Part shown: piece after piece, positions 10,147-20,749 of the stretch | Numbering within the stretch: position 1 is the first letter of the stretch | Layout of the letters: every line of letters begins with the position of its first letter | NCBI GenBank assembly: GCA_965207885.1 | Contig: OZ242311.1 | Coordinates: 5,600,001 to 5,664,000 of the forward strand | DNA: 64,000 nt | Direction of reading: 5' to 3' | DNA from: Candidatus Latescibacterota bacterium | GTDB taxonomy: Bacteria > Latescibacterota > UBA2968 | Notes under the pieces: generated by a model | Told to the model about the DNA's origin: nothing | Databases searched by the model: none | Seen by the model: only the letters and a program-made list of their open reading frames with translations | Translations under genes and position numbers: made by a program

Positions 10147-11172
10147 GTGGCCGAATTGACAAAACGCCCCGTGATTGGCGTAACCGTGGGCGACCCGGCG
10201 GGAATTGGACCAGAGGTCGTGATCAAGGCACTGTGTGAACCCGCGCTTTATAACGACGTAAAGCCACTGGTCTTTGCCGACCGATCGATTTTGGAACAAA
10301 CGGTCAAGATGCTGGGTGTGGATATGGATCTGCACACCGTAAACAATCCACACAACGGGCATTATGAAGTCGGGTGTATCGACTTTATTGACGTTGAGAG
10401 TCTGTCTGAGCCAATTGCCTATGGCCAGATCTCTGCCGAAGGTGGTCGGGCGGGATATCAATATTTGGACCGGGCAATTGATGCGGCTCTATCAGGTACC
10501 GTAGCTGGCCTATCCACAGCGCCATTGAACAAAGAATCGTTGCAGGCTGCAAAGTTACCTTATATTGACCACACGGCGATGCTCAATGCGCGAGCGGCAT
10601 TGCGAGTGCCGATGACGCTATTTTTGGTAAAAAATTTGAAAATCTTCTTTCTCACCCGACATATTTCCTTTCGGGAAATCCCAGATGCCATTACAAAAGC
10701 GGGAATTCTGGAAGCATTGCCGCTCTGCGACCTGTATTTGCGGCAACTGGGAACGGAAACACCGACCATAGCTGTGGCCGGCTTAAACCCACACGGCGGC
10801 GAACAGGGTCTGTTTGGACGAGAGGAAATCGAAGTAATCAGCCCCGCTGTAGAAGAAGCGCAAAAACGCGGATGGCTGGTACAAGGACCAATACCAGCGG
10901 ACTCGGTATTTCATCTGGCGCTGGAAGGGCGTTACGATGGGGTATTATCGCTTTACCACGACCAGGGGCATATCGCATCCAAAACGCTGGATTTCCACGG
11001 AACAGTAAGCCTGACAATGGGACTGAAATTTCTGCGCACATCAGTAGATCACGGAACCGCCTTTGACATTGCCGGACAGGGAATAGCGTCAGAACGGGGC
11101 ATGGTAGAAGCAATTCGCGCGGCCGGAAAATATGCGGTGCCAGTACGCGAGCGATTGGAAATGAGTCGATAA
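10147..11172 (+). CDS. pdxA: 4-hydroxythreonine-4-phosphate dehydrogenase family (PdxA/PdxA2)
   Basis: 'GDPAGIGPE', 'TAPLNKE', 'GLNPHGGE', 'YHDQGH', 'RTSVDHGTAFDIAG'; GTG start after AGGAGG (ORF is open from 10138). Confidence 0.92.
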   Translation: MAELTKRPVIGVTVGDPAGIGPEVVIKALCEPALYNDVKPLVFADRSILEQTVKMLGVDMDLHTVNNPHNGHYEVGCIDFIDVESLSEPIAYGQISAEGGRAGYQYLDRAIDAALSGTVAGLSTAPLNKESLQAAKLPYIDHTAMLNARAALRVPMTLFLVKNLKIFFLTRHISFREIPDAITKAGILEALPLCDLYLRQLGTETPTIAVAGLNPHGGEQGLFGREEIEVISPAVEEAQKRGWLVQGPIPADSVFHLALEGRYDGVLSLYHDQGHIASKTLDFHGTVSLTMGLKFLRTSVDHGTAFDIAGQGIASERGMVEAIRAAGKYAVPVRERLEMSR

Positions 11173-11173
11173 A

Positions 11174-11632
11174 ATGCCGTCAAACTACACCATTGCAAAA
11201 GAATTGAAGCGCGTGGCGGATTACCGTGAAATATGTGGTGAGGATCCAGCAGATTATCTCAATGCCGCCTGGATGGTCCAGTCGTTTTCACGCGGCAGGC
11301 TGGACGAGTTGTACCCAGTTGAAGGCAGGGAACTGCTGGAACGCACAAACGAGTTTAGCGACGAAGTGATAGACACAATCGTCGAAGTCATTGAAGGCAA
11401 AGAGATCCGCGCGTTGCAGGAGCGGCAGGGCGTTCCTTTGACCGTGCTGGAATTGGTCGAAATTCGGGGGATCGGTGGCAAAATGGCCAGGCGCCTTTTT
11501 AGCGAGCTGGGCGTGGTTGATTTGCGGGGCTTGCGGGCTGTCGTCGTGAACGGACAAATCAGCCAGGTAAAGGGCTTCAGGACAAAGACCATCGAGAAAA
11601 TCACTGCTTTTCTGGACGAAAAGGGAGTGTAG
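11174..11632 (+). CDS. Stand-alone helix-hairpin-helix protein resembling the PolX N-terminal (8 kDa + fingers) region
   Basis: 'N..IA..L...AD..EI.GE', 'IRGIGGKMARRLFSELGV..L..L', 'VKGFRTKT..KI'; no palm domain. Confidence 0.65.
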   Translation: MPSNYTIAKELKRVADYREICGEDPADYLNAAWMVQSFSRGRLDELYPVEGRELLERTNEFSDEVIDTIVEVIEGKEIRALQERQGVPLTVLELVEIRGIGGKMARRLFSELGVVDLRGLRAVVVNGQISQVKGFRTKTIEKITAFLDEKGV

Positions 11633-11648
11633 ATTTATCTGTATCCAC

Positions 11649-11678
11649 TTGATTTATTTGTGTAAGTATATATACTTA
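11649..11678 (+). promoter_or_regulatory. Sigma70-like promoter with a perfect 16-bp palindrome over the -10 box, upstream of the Mo-enzyme/nuo operon
   Basis: TTGATT-N16-TATACT; palindrome TAAGTATATATACTTA at 11663-11678. Confidence 0.55.
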
Positions 11679-11734
11679 TTGCAGTATTAACTTTTTGCAT
11701 CTCGAAACTCACCTCTCCTTACGAGGACCGCGCT

Positions 11735-14041
11735 ATGGCGATCAAAAAAGAAGACTATTTGGGAATTGAAAATTACAAAGTAGTGGGCACGCGACCCATT
11801 CGGCATGATGGAACGGATAAAGTAACGGGCCGCGCGGTATATGGTCCAGACTTTCACTTAACCGGATCGCTATACGGCAAAACACTGCGAAGCCCTCATG
11901 GACATGCGCGGATCAAATCCATCGACACCAGCAAAGCCGAAGCACTCCCCGGAGTAAAAGCCATAGTACTCGGAAAAGACCTCGTCCAAAATTACGAAGA
12001 CAAAGTCTCCGACCTCGGTGAGGGATCGGTCGATCTGCGATTCTTAATTGCCAATGTACTCGCCGGAGACAAAGTCCTCTACGACGGACACGCCATCGCA
12101 GCCGTAGCAGCCACCTCTGCACACATCGCAGAAGAGGCATTAAACCTGATCGACGTAGAATACGAAATACTCGAACCCGTACTCGAAGTCCGCCACGCAA
12201 TGGAAAACGACGCACCGCTATTGCACGACGATCTGAAAATGAAATCCCTCGGCGAAGAAACAGACCAGGCGAGCAACATCGCAAACCACTTCCAGCACAA
12301 ACAGGGAGATATAGAAAAGGGATTTGAAGAAGCGGACGTAGTCATAGAGCGGGAATTTGCAACCGGAACAGTACACCAGGGATACATCGAACCCCACAAC
12401 GTAACCGCGCACTGGAGCGAAAACGGAAAGCTCACAATATGGTGCAGTACGCAGGGACCATTTGAAGTGCGGGGCCAGGTCGCCGACGTACTCGGCCTCG
12501 AAGTGGGTGACATACGCGTAATCCCGCAGGAAATTGGAGGTGGATTTGGCGGAAAATTCCGCGTCTATGAAGAACCGACCGCAGCCCTGCTGGCCCAAAA
12601 AACCGGAAAACCCGTCAAAATGGTCATGTCCCGCACAGAAGTATTAAAAGCCACCGGACCAACGCCCGCATCCTACATCAAAGTCAAAATGGGCGCAACG
12701 CGGGACGGCCTGCTAACAGCGGCACAAGCCTACATGGCGTATGAAGCCGGAGCCTATCCCGGCTCTGCCGTAGGCGCTGGTGCGGGATGCATTTTCTCGC
12801 CCTACAGCATCCCAAACTCGCTCATCGACGGCTACGACGTCGTCGTAAACAAACCCCAATCGTCCGCCTACCGTGCACCCGGCGCGACCAATGCGGCATT
12901 TGCATCTGAAACAGTAATAGACGAAATATGCGAACAGATCGGAATGGACCCGCTCGAATTTCGATTGAAAAACGCGTCCAAAGAAGGCACGCGACGGGCA
13001 GATGGACCGGTCTTCTTGCGGATTGGTCAGGAAGAAGTCGTAAAAGCGGCCATGGCGCATCCACACTACAGCGCCCCCCTTGAAGGACCGAATCGGGGAC
13101 GCGGCGTCGCCGCTGGATTCTGGTTCAACGGCGGAGGCACATCAACAGTGGTCGCCAGTGTAAACCCGGACGGCACAGTAGCACTCGTCGAAGGCTCCCC
13201 CGATATTGGAGGAACGCGCACCTCAGTCGCCATACAATTTGCCGAAGTCCTGAACCTTCCCATCGAAGACATCAAGCCAAATGTCACGGACACCGACGCA
13301 ATCGGACAAACCGATGGAACGGGCGGAAGCCGCGTGACATTTGCAACCGGCTGGGCGAGCTATGAAGCCGCGCAAGACGTAAAGCGACAAATGATCGAAC
13401 GCGCGGCGACATTATGGGAAATATCAAAAGACGACATCGTCTTTGAAGACGGATCGTTCCGCTCCAAATCGGACGCATCCAAAACAATGACATTCAAAGA
13501 ACTCGCCGGTAATGTCAATCGCGCGGGTGGTCCCGTCGTAGGACGCGCTGCCATAAGCGGCAAGCAAGCCGGCCCGGCATTCGCCCTCTTAATCGTAGAT
13601 GTCGAAGTAGATCCTGACACGGGCAAAGTAGATATCTTGCGAGCGACCATTGTTCAGGACGCTGGCAAAGCCATTTATCCCGGCTATGTAGAAGGGCAGA
13701 TGCAGGGCGGCGTAGTACAGGGAATCGGATGGGCATTGAACGAGGAATTCGTGTACAACGACCAGGGCGTAATGGTCAACGCCTCTTTCCTGGATTATCG
13801 GATGCCCACAACACTCGACCTCCCCATGATAGAAACCGTCATCGTAGAAGTGCCCAACCCGGGCCATCCTTATGGCGTGCGGGGCGTGGGCGAAGTGCCC
13901 ATTGTCCCACCCCCAGCCGCAGTTGCCAACGCGATTTACCGCGCTGTTGGCATACGGCTAAACGAGCTGCCGATGTCGCCATCGCGAGTCCTGAAAGCAC
14001 TGTGGGAATCAGATGGCAGCCATGGCCAGGCGGCGGATTGA
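11735..14041 (+). CDS. Xanthine dehydrogenase-family molybdopterin-binding (large) subunit
   Basis: 'DKVTGRA.Y', 'RSPHGHA.I', 'GGGFGGK', 'AYRAPG', 'GGSR', 'VEGQMQGG', 'DYRMPT', catalytic Glu in 'GVRGVGE'. Confidence 0.92.
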   Translation: MAIKKEDYLGIENYKVVGTRPIRHDGTDKVTGRAVYGPDFHLTGSLYGKTLRSPHGHARIKSIDTSKAEALPGVKAIVLGKDLVQNYEDKVSDLGEGSVDLRFLIANVLAGDKVLYDGHAIAAVAATSAHIAEEALNLIDVEYEILEPVLEVRHAMENDAPLLHDDLKMKSLGEETDQASNIANHFQHKQGDIEKGFEEADVVIEREFATGTVHQGYIEPHNVTAHWSENGKLTIWCSTQGPFEVRGQVADVLGLEVGDIRVIPQEIGGGFGGKFRVYEEPTAALLAQKTGKPVKMVMSRTEVLKATGPTPASYIKVKMGATRDGLLTAAQAYMAYEAGAYPGSAVGAGAGCIFSPYSIPNSLIDGYDVVVNKPQSSAYRAPGATNAAFASETVIDEICEQIGMDPLEFRLKNASKEGTRRADGPVFLRIGQEEVVKAAMAHPHYSAPLEGPNRGRGVAAGFWFNGGGTSTVVASVNPDGTVALVEGSPDIGGTRTSVAIQFAEVLNLPIEDIKPNVTDTDAIGQTDGTGGSRVTFATGWASYEAAQDVKRQMIERAATLWEISKDDIVFEDGSFRSKSDASKTMTFKELAGNVNRAGGPVVGRAAISGKQAGPAFALLIVDVEVDPDTGKVDILRATIVQDAGKAIYPGYVEGQMQGGVVQGIGWALNEEFVYNDQGVMVNASFLDYRMPTTLDLPMIETVIVEVPNPGHPYGVRGVGEVPIVPPPAAVANAIYRAVGIRLNELPMSPSRVLKALWESDGSHGQAAD

Positions 14042-14058
14042 GCAGATAGGAGAACACA

Positions 14059-14433
14059 ATGGACTGGTTTTCGCAATACGGATTTCTCGGTGCCCTGCTC
14101 CTCTCGGGCATCGTTCTCGGTGCAATCCCCGTCGTACTGCCCTTAATCATATCCCCTCGCGCGCGCGGTCGCAAAAGCCGCGAGACCTACGAATGCGGCA
14201 TGGACACAATCGGCAGCGCCTGGGTGCGCTTCGATATTGCCTATTACCTATTTGCACTCATCTTTGTCGCATTTGAAGTCGATGTACTGTATATTCTTCC
14301 CATCGCCGTAATCTACGATTCGGGTACCTACGCCTGGCGCGACTTCATCGAACTCACAATCTTCGTCGGCATTCTTTTTCTCGCCATCATCTACGCCTGG
14401 AGCAAAGGCGTTTTGCACTGGAGAAGTCGATAA
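14059..14433 (+). CDS. nuoA: NADH-quinone oxidoreductase subunit A
   Basis: 'YECG', '[14 protein letters not shown]', 3 TM helices. Confidence 0.93.
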   Translation: MDWFSQYGFLGALLLSGIVLGAIPVVLPLIISPRARGRKSRETYECGMDTIGSAWVRFDIAYYLFALIFVAFEVDVLYILPIAVIYDSGTYAWRDFIELTIFVGILFLAIIYAWSKGVLHWRSR

Positions 14434-14966
14434 TGGCACAAATAGAACTCCCTCTCGTGAAAAGCGATCCCAAAGACATTGAAGAACTGCGTGAAGAGGT
14501 CGGTCCTCTGGTACACATGGACCTGCTGGAAAACCTGCTCAATCACGCCCGGTCTCGATCCCTGTGGCCCCTCACATTCGGCCTGGCCTGTTGCGCCATC
14601 GAAATGATGGCCGCAGGCGCAGCGCGCTTTGACCTCGACCGCATTGGCGCGGGCGTCTTTCGCCCGAGTGCGCGACAAGCCGATGTCATGATTCTCGCAG
14701 GCACAATCTCCCGCAAAATGGCACCAGCCATCAAAACGCTCTGGGATCAGATGCCCTCGCCCAAATGGGCCATAGCCATGGGGGGTTGCACCATCGACGG
14801 CGGCCCCTTTAAGTATCCCGGACAATATGCCATTGTCGAAGGCGCAGACAAAATTGTGCCCGTTGATGTGTACGTACCGGGCTGCCCCCCGCGCCCCGAA
14901 GCGCTCTTCGCCGCACTGTTCAAACTCGAAGAAAAAATCCGAGCCGGAAAGAAATTCAATAAATGA
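14433..14966 (+). CDS. nuoB: NADH-quinone oxidoreductase subunit B
   Basis: '[11 protein letters not shown]', 'MGGC', 'VPGCPPRPE'. Confidence 0.95.
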   Translation: MAQIELPLVKSDPKDIEELREEVGPLVHMDLLENLLNHARSRSLWPLTFGLACCAIEMMAAGAARFDLDRIGAGVFRPSARQADVMILAGTISRKMAPAIKTLWDQMPSPKWAIAMGGCTIDGGPFKYPGQYAIVEGADKIVPVDVYVPGCPPRPEALFAALFKLEEKIRAGKKFNK

Positions 14967-15424
14967 TCGCCGACAAACTCTCTACGCTCGTGATCGACGC
15001 GACCGAGGTCACATACGACGCGCATGGTTTTCATGTACAACACACCGCTTCAGCCGACACGCTCCCTCAGATCGCAGATGCCTTCCTGTCCGAAAATTTT
15101 CACCTCGAAATGATAACCTGTCAGGATCGACGTGAAAACGACAATACTTTTCGTCTGATTTACCAGTTTAACCAATACGGCATTCCCCAACGGCATATCA
15201 TCCACGCCGACATAGCACCCGATACAGCCGCACCCAGTATTGCCACAACCTTTCCCGCTGCCGACTGGTACGAACGCGAAATTTTCGACATGTATGGCGT
15301 CAGCTTTGAAGGCCATCCCGATTTGAAACGCATCTTAATGGAAGAAGACTATTTTGGTCATCCCCTGCTCAAAGACTTCGTCGATCCCCCCAATCCCTAT
15401 CGCAGTGAGGACGACGCGTCATGA
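14963..15424 (+). CDS. nuoC: NADH-quinone oxidoreductase subunit C
   Basis: '[25 protein letters not shown]', 'GHPLLKDF'. Confidence 0.93.
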   Translation: MIADKLSTLVIDATEVTYDAHGFHVQHTASADTLPQIADAFLSENFHLEMITCQDRRENDNTFRLIYQFNQYGIPQRHIIHADIAPDTAAPSIATTFPAADWYEREIFDMYGVSFEGHPDLKRILMEEDYFGHPLLKDFVDPPNPYRSEDDAS

Positions 15425-16548
15425 ATCGATTTGAGGTCGAACAAGACCCAAAAAGTCGAGACACCTATTATCTCAACATGGGGCCTCAGCATCCCTCTAC
15501 CCACGGCGTCATGCGGATCAAACTGCACCTGGATGGCGAACGGATAATTTCAGCAGAACCCATCATCGGATATGGGCATCGCGCACACGAAAAAATGGCC
15601 GAAAACCGCGACTACATCCAGTTTTTGCCCAACCCCAGTCGCGTAGATTACCTCGGCGGCATGATCTACAACATAGGCTACTGCCAGGCCGTAGAGCGCG
15701 CGATGGACATCGAAGTGCCAGAACGCGCCGAATACATCCGCATCATCTGCAATGAGCTCAACCGCATCTCCAGCCACCTGCTCTGGCTGGGCACCTTTTT
15801 GATGGATCTGGGTGCATTTACCCCATTTCTCTACGCCTTTGACGACCGCGAAAAAATCCTCGACATCCTGGACCGCATCACCGGATCGCGCCTCACCTAT
15901 TGTTACGCGCGATTTGGCGGCGTCATTCTCGACATCGACGATATATTCCTCGACAACGTCTCCAACTTTTGCACCTACTTTGTCGAACGCTTAAAAGAAT
16001 ACGAAAGACTCGTCATCGGCAACGTCATCTTCCGCGAACGCACCATCGGCGTCGGCATCTTCGCGCCCGACCTCGTTCAAAAATACGCCATAACAGGTCC
16101 CTGCCTGCGCGCCATGGGCCACGAACACGATGTCCGCAAAGACGAACCTTACGGCATCTACGACCGCTTTGACTTTGACGTACCCACACAAACAGAAGGC
16201 GACTGCTTTGCCCGCACACTCGTTCGCGTGGAAGAAATGCGCCAGAGCATTCGCATCATCGAACAAGCCGTAAGCGACACGCCCGACGGTCTCTTTCTCG
16301 CAGCCCGGGTGCCCAGACGCATCCGCCCGCCCGAAGGCGACTATTACTTCTGTGTTGAATCACCCCGTGGCAACTTTGGCATGTACATCGCAAGCGACGG
16401 CAGCGACATTCCCTTTCGCCTCAAATTGCGAACCCCATCGTTCTCACACATCTCGACCATGCCCGCCGTCATGGCCGGCACCATGCTCGCAGATGCCGTG
16501 GCAATCCTCGGTAGCATCGACATTGTCGTTCCCGAAATAGACAGATAA
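15421..16548 (+). CDS. nuoD: NADH-quinone oxidoreductase subunit D
   Basis: '[12 protein letters not shown]', 'RVDY', 'ELNRISSHL', C-terminal 'DIVVPEIDR'; no NiFe CxxC motifs. Confidence 0.95.
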   Translation: MNRFEVEQDPKSRDTYYLNMGPQHPSTHGVMRIKLHLDGERIISAEPIIGYGHRAHEKMAENRDYIQFLPNPSRVDYLGGMIYNIGYCQAVERAMDIEVPERAEYIRIICNELNRISSHLLWLGTFLMDLGAFTPFLYAFDDREKILDILDRITGSRLTYCYARFGGVILDIDDIFLDNVSNFCTYFVERLKEYERLVIGNVIFRERTIGVGIFAPDLVQKYAITGPCLRAMGHEHDVRKDEPYGIYDRFDFDVPTQTEGDCFARTLVRVEEMRQSIRIIEQAVSDTPDGLFLAARVPRRIRPPEGDYYFCVESPRGNFGMYIASDGSDIPFRLKLRTPSFSHISTMPAVMAGTMLADAVAILGSIDIVVPEIDR

Positions 16549-16555
16549 CGCACTT

Positions 16556-17530
16556 ATGAAAACAGACGTCATCCAACTCTTTGAAAACCCCTATCTCGCG
16601 CTCGGTGTAACCATTGCCGTCATCATGGCCTATTTGAGCGTCAACGCCATCATGTTGATCTGGCTCGAACGCAAACTCAGCGCGCGCATACAGCGCCGCA
16701 TTGGCCCGCAACGCGGACCCTTTGGCCTGATGCAGCAAATTTTTGACATGGGCAAATTGCTCAGCAAAGAACTCCTCACACCCGAACACGCCAACAAACT
16801 GCTCTATGTCATTGCGCCCATCCTGGTCTTTGCACCCGTGGTCGCCCTCTCGTCCCTCTTTCCCATAACGAGCACCTACATATTCCACGACTTCAACATC
16901 GCCATTGTCCTGATCCTCGCCATCAGCGGCATCAACGTAATCGGCATATTCTTAGCAGGCTGGGGATCCAATAACAAATACGCCCTGCTCGGTGCCGTGC
17001 GCTCAGTCGCGCAAAATATCTCCTACGAAATCCCCCTCATCCTATCGGTCATCCCCATCGTCATGATAACCCGCACCATGTCGCTCTACGACATCACCCT
17101 CGCACAGGAAACCTATCCCTTTATACTGGTACAGCCCATTGCCCTGATCATCTTTATCATATCAGCCACAGCCGAAACCAATCGCGCCCCCTTCGACATC
17201 CCCGAAGCGGAATCCGAACTCGTCGCCGGATTCCACACCGAATATTCCGGCATGCGCTTTGGGCTATTCTTCTTTGCCGAATACTCCAACATGATCTTTG
17301 CATGCGCATTGGCAACCGTGCTCTTCCTGGGGGGATGGCGCGGGCCTCTCTTGCCAGACGCCGTATGGTTCTTCATCAAAGTCTATGCACTCATCGTCCT
17401 CATGATGTGGTTCCGCTGGACTTTTCCACGGCTCCGTTTTGACCAACTCATGAAATTCGCCTGGGTGGTACTCGTCCCCCTCTCGCTGATCAACCTGCTA
17501 ATCACAACACTCATCTTGAAAATCGTATAG
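16556..17530 (+). CDS. nuoH: NADH-quinone oxidoreductase subunit H
   Basis: 'ERK..A.IQ.R.GP', 'AETNRAPFD.PEAESELVAGF.TEYSG', 'PRLRFDQ'. Confidence 0.95.
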   Translation: MKTDVIQLFENPYLALGVTIAVIMAYLSVNAIMLIWLERKLSARIQRRIGPQRGPFGLMQQIFDMGKLLSKELLTPEHANKLLYVIAPILVFAPVVALSSLFPITSTYIFHDFNIAIVLILAISGINVIGIFLAGWGSNNKYALLGAVRSVAQNISYEIPLILSVIPIVMITRTMSLYDITLAQETYPFILVQPIALIIFIISATAETNRAPFDIPEAESELVAGFHTEYSGMRFGLFFFAEYSNMIFACALATVLFLGGWRGPLLPDAVWFFIKVYALIVLMMWFRWTFPRLRFDQLMKFAWVVLVPLSLINLLITTLILKIV

Positions 17531-17555
17531 AACTTTCAGCTCACAGGAAAATCCC

Positions 17556-18095
17556 ATGGCACTTATCAAAGAAATCCTCGACGGCACCAAAACGCTCCTG
17601 ACCGGCATGAAAGTCACACTGGACAACTTTCGCAAACCGCCCGTCACCTCGCAATATCCAATGGAAAAAATCGAGATGTCGGAAGCGTTTCGCAATGTCA
17701 TCGTCCTCATCGAAAAAGAAGACATCGGCTCGCACGACTGCATCGACTGCAAACTCTGTGAGCGCGTGTGTCCCTCCTTCTGCATTTACCTCGACGGGGA
17801 ACGCCCCGAAGGTTTAAGGCGCAAACGCTCGACCAAATTTGAAGTCGATTTTGCCCTTTGCAGCGACTGCGGACTGTGCTTAGACGTATGCCCCACAGAC
17901 ACCCTGGGATACAGCAAAGTCCACGACGAAGCCGGATACAATCGCAGCGACTTTCTCTACGACTTACTCGAACCCTGGGCAGACAAAGAAGAAGCCGCGC
18001 GCGAACGCCTGAAAGAAATCGAAGCCGAACAAGCAGCAGAACGCGCCAAAAAAACCGCAGCAAGAAAAGCGAAAAAGGTGAGACGGAAGAAGTAA
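17556..18095 (+). CDS. nuoI: NADH-quinone oxidoreductase subunit I (2x[4Fe-4S])
   Basis: CIDCKLCERVCP and CSDCGLCLDVCP; Lys/Arg-rich C-terminal tail. Confidence 0.92.
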   Translation: MALIKEILDGTKTLLTGMKVTLDNFRKPPVTSQYPMEKIEMSEAFRNVIVLIEKEDIGSHDCIDCKLCERVCPSFCIYLDGERPEGLRRKRSTKFEVDFALCSDCGLCLDVCPTDTLGYSKVHDEAGYNRSDFLYDLLEPWADKEEAARERLKEIEAEQAAERAKKTAARKAKKVRRKK

Positions 18096-18108
18096 ACGGA
18101 GAACAACA

Positions 18109-18621
18109 ATGCTCGAGCAGGCTGTCATCTACACATTTGTAGCCCTCGTCCTCATCGGTGGAGGCCTGGCGGCATTTTCTCGCCAGATACTCTACGCCAT
18201 TATCGGCCTGGGCATCAGTCTCTTAGGGCTGGCGGGACTATTTCTCAACCTCGGCAGTCCATTTGTCGCGGCAATGCAAGTACTCATCTACATTGGCGGC
18301 ATAACCGTTGCCATTGTATTTGCCATGATGCTCTCAATAGCCATGTCCATTCGCCCGCCCGATCCCGACAACCGAAAACTCGGCTTCGCCATTGCCTGTG
18401 CCGTCATCTTTTTTGGCGCAGTCGCCCATCTAATCCGCGGCGCGCAATTCCAACAAATCGCGCCCCAGACATCTGAAAAAGCCTGGTCTGTGGGCGCATT
18501 GGGCCATGCATTGCTCACGCATTACAACGTCGTCTTTGAAACCCTCTCCCTCGTTTTGCTCCTGGCCATCATCGGTGCCATCTTGATCGCTCGCAAGGCT
18601 TTGCCAAAGGAAAATTCGTGA
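18109..18621 (+). CDS. nuoJ: NADH-quinone oxidoreductase subunit J
   Basis: 'QVLIYIGGI.V...FA.ML', 'FE..S..LL.A.IGAI'. Confidence 0.92.
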   Translation: MLEQAVIYTFVALVLIGGGLAAFSRQILYAIIGLGISLLGLAGLFLNLGSPFVAAMQVLIYIGGITVAIVFAMMLSIAMSIRPPDPDNRKLGFAIACAVIFFGAVAHLIRGAQFQQIAPQTSEKAWSVGALGHALLTHYNVVFETLSLVLLLAIIGAILIARKALPKENS

Positions 18622-18923
18622 CCCTCGAATTTTATCTTCTCGTGGGCGCTGCCCTGTTTTCTCTCGGTTTGATCGGCGCACTATCCCACCGCAACCTCAT
18701 AGCCCTGCTCATCGGCATCGAACTCATGATGAATGCCGCCAGCTTAAACCTGATGGCCTTTAACCGGTTTGTCGTCACCGATCCAACGACCGGCCAGATC
18801 TTTGTCCTCATCATCATTGGGCTGGCAGCCGCCGAAGTCGCTATCTTTTTATCGATCATCCTGCGCATCTATCGGGCGTATCACGAGATAGATGCGGAAA
18901 AACTCACCAAACTGAGCGGTTGA
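18618..18923 (+). CDS. nuoK: NADH-quinone oxidoreductase subunit K
   Basis: 'IELMMNAA..N', 'AAAEVA'. Confidence 0.93.
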   Translation: MTLEFYLLVGAALFSLGLIGALSHRNLIALLIGIELMMNAASLNLMAFNRFVVTDPTTGQIFVLIIIGLAAAEVAIFLSIILRIYRAYHEIDAEKLTKLSG

Positions 18924-20746
18924 TGGACACTCTCTCACTCATACTTTTAACCACAATCTCCCCTCTGGCGTGTTTTGCCATCGCCATCATCTTTCTCATA
19001 CAACAACCCAAAGCCGCTCAGGGATTGGTCCTATTCGGCAGCGCGGTATCCCTCTTGAGTGCCATTGGCCTTCTCGTACAGGGACCTGTTGAACCCCTGC
19101 GATTTTTGTGGTTTCAAAGCGGTGCAATACAACTCCAATTTGGCTTCATCCTCGACGGTCCAAGCCTCCTGTTTGGCGTCGTCGTCGCCTTCATCACCGC
19201 CTGCATCATGCTCTATTCAATCGGCTACATGGCGCAAGACCCGGGCAAAACGCGCTATTTCGCAATGCTCAGTTTCTTTGCCTGGTCCATGCTCAGCTTT
19301 GTCTATGCCGTCGATCTCTTGCAATCTTTCATCTTTTGGGAACTCGTCGGCCTGTCTTCGTTCTTCCTCATCGGTTTCTGGTTTGAAAAACCCGAAGCTG
19401 CCGGGGCTGCGCGCAAAGCCTTTCTCATGACCCGCGTGGGCGACGTCGGCCTCTTTATCGGCATTTTGCTCATCCTCCAACTCGTTTCAAACTTCGATAT
19501 CCCCAGCCTCTTAGACCCTCAAACTGGCCTCTCAACACAGATATCGCCCAACCTGCTCAACGCAATCGCGCTACTCATCTTCATCGGCATCATGGGTAAA
19601 AGCGCGCAATTCCCCTTGCACACCTGGCTGCCCGACGCCATGGAAGGCCCCACCCCGGTCAGCGCCCTGTTGCACTCTGCCACCATGGTCGCCGCGGGCG
19701 TCTTTCTCATGATCCGCCTACACCCGCTCTTTATGGCGGCGCAAGACACAGCACTCATCGTCCTGAGCATCGCCACCTTCACCGCAATTCTCGCATCGAC
19801 CATTGCAATGGTCGATACCGACATCAAAAAAGTACTCGCCTATTCGTCCATCAGCCAACTCGGCTTCATGCTCATGGCACTCGCTGCTGGCAGCCTCTTC
19901 GCAGGCGTATTTCACCTGATCACCCACGCCTTCTTCAAAGCCTTGCTCTTCCTCTGCTCGGGCATCTACATCCACGCCTATCACACCAACAGCATGGCCG
20001 AAATTGGTCGCAGTGGAGGCCGCCGCCTCAAAGCAGCGACCCTTGGCCTCCTCATCGGTGGCGCTGCCCTATCGGGCGTTCCCCCACTGGCGGGATTCTG
20101 GAGCAAAGAAGAAATTTTTGCCCAACTGGGTCACAATGGCTTCAACATCTACATGGCCGGTGCATTTCTCGCGGCCTTTCTCACGGCCTATTACACATTC
20201 CGCATGATTTTCCTCATCACAAAACCCGATCAGGCACCTGCCACCGACCACAGCCATCCCGAACCCCTGAACATGAAAGTCCCCGTCTTGCTCCTCACCC
20301 TGGGCGCAATCGCACTCGGCTTTTTTGGCGCCAGCATCGCCGAGGGCCTGGGCCTCACAACACAGCACCACAGCGTCATCTTGATGATACCCACCGTAGG
20401 CGTCGTCATCCTCGGCATCCTGATCGCCTATTTCGACTACGGACGCGACAACGCGCCGCGCACGGGATTCATCAGCAAAATCGCACCACTCAATACCCTG
20501 TTCACAAACAAATGGTACATCGACGAAGTCTATCGCGTCACCATCGTCGCCATCACCCACGCACTATCTCGCATCTTGCACTGGATTGAAAACCACGTCC
20601 TCGACGGAAATTACGACCGCTTTGGCCTCGGCATCTTGCGCACGGGCGCAAAATCAACCCGCGTACAGGGCGGCTGGATGCAACTTTACCTGGGCTGGGC
20701 AATCATCTTATTGGCCGTTGTCGCGCTTTATCTGGGATTGCGATAA
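18923..20746 (+). CDS. nuoL: NADH-quinone oxidoreductase subunit L
   Basis: 'WELVGLSS', 'TRVGD', 'KSAQFPLHTWLPDAMEGPTPVSALLHSATMV', 'HAFFKALLF'. Confidence 0.95.
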   Translation: MDTLSLILLTTISPLACFAIAIIFLIQQPKAAQGLVLFGSAVSLLSAIGLLVQGPVEPLRFLWFQSGAIQLQFGFILDGPSLLFGVVVAFITACIMLYSIGYMAQDPGKTRYFAMLSFFAWSMLSFVYAVDLLQSFIFWELVGLSSFFLIGFWFEKPEAAGAARKAFLMTRVGDVGLFIGILLILQLVSNFDIPSLLDPQTGLSTQISPNLLNAIALLIFIGIMGKSAQFPLHTWLPDAMEGPTPVSALLHSATMVAAGVFLMIRLHPLFMAAQDTALIVLSIATFTAILASTIAMVDTDIKKVLAYSSISQLGFMLMALAAGSLFAGVFHLITHAFFKALLFLCSGIYIHAYHTNSMAEIGRSGGRRLKAATLGLLIGGAALSGVPPLAGFWSKEEIFAQLGHNGFNIYMAGAFLAAFLTAYYTFRMIFLITKPDQAPATDHSHPEPLNMKVPVLLLTLGAIALGFFGASIAEGLGLTTQHHSVILMIPTVGVVILGILIAYFDYGRDNAPRTGFISKIAPLNTLFTNKWYIDEVYRVTIVAITHALSRILHWIENHVLDGNYDRFGLGILRTGAKSTRVQGGWMQLYLGWAIILLAVVALYLGLR

Positions 20747-20749
20747 AAT

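Noticed and set aside
11735-14041. Aerobic CO dehydrogenase CoxL
   Set aside because: The active-site loop is AYRAPG, not AYxCSFR (form I) or AYxGAGR (form II), and there is no coxMS.
14433-16548. Group 4 NiFe hydrogenase
   Set aside because: The large subunit lacks both CxxC Ni-binding motifs and has the complex I quinone-site His/Tyr residues.
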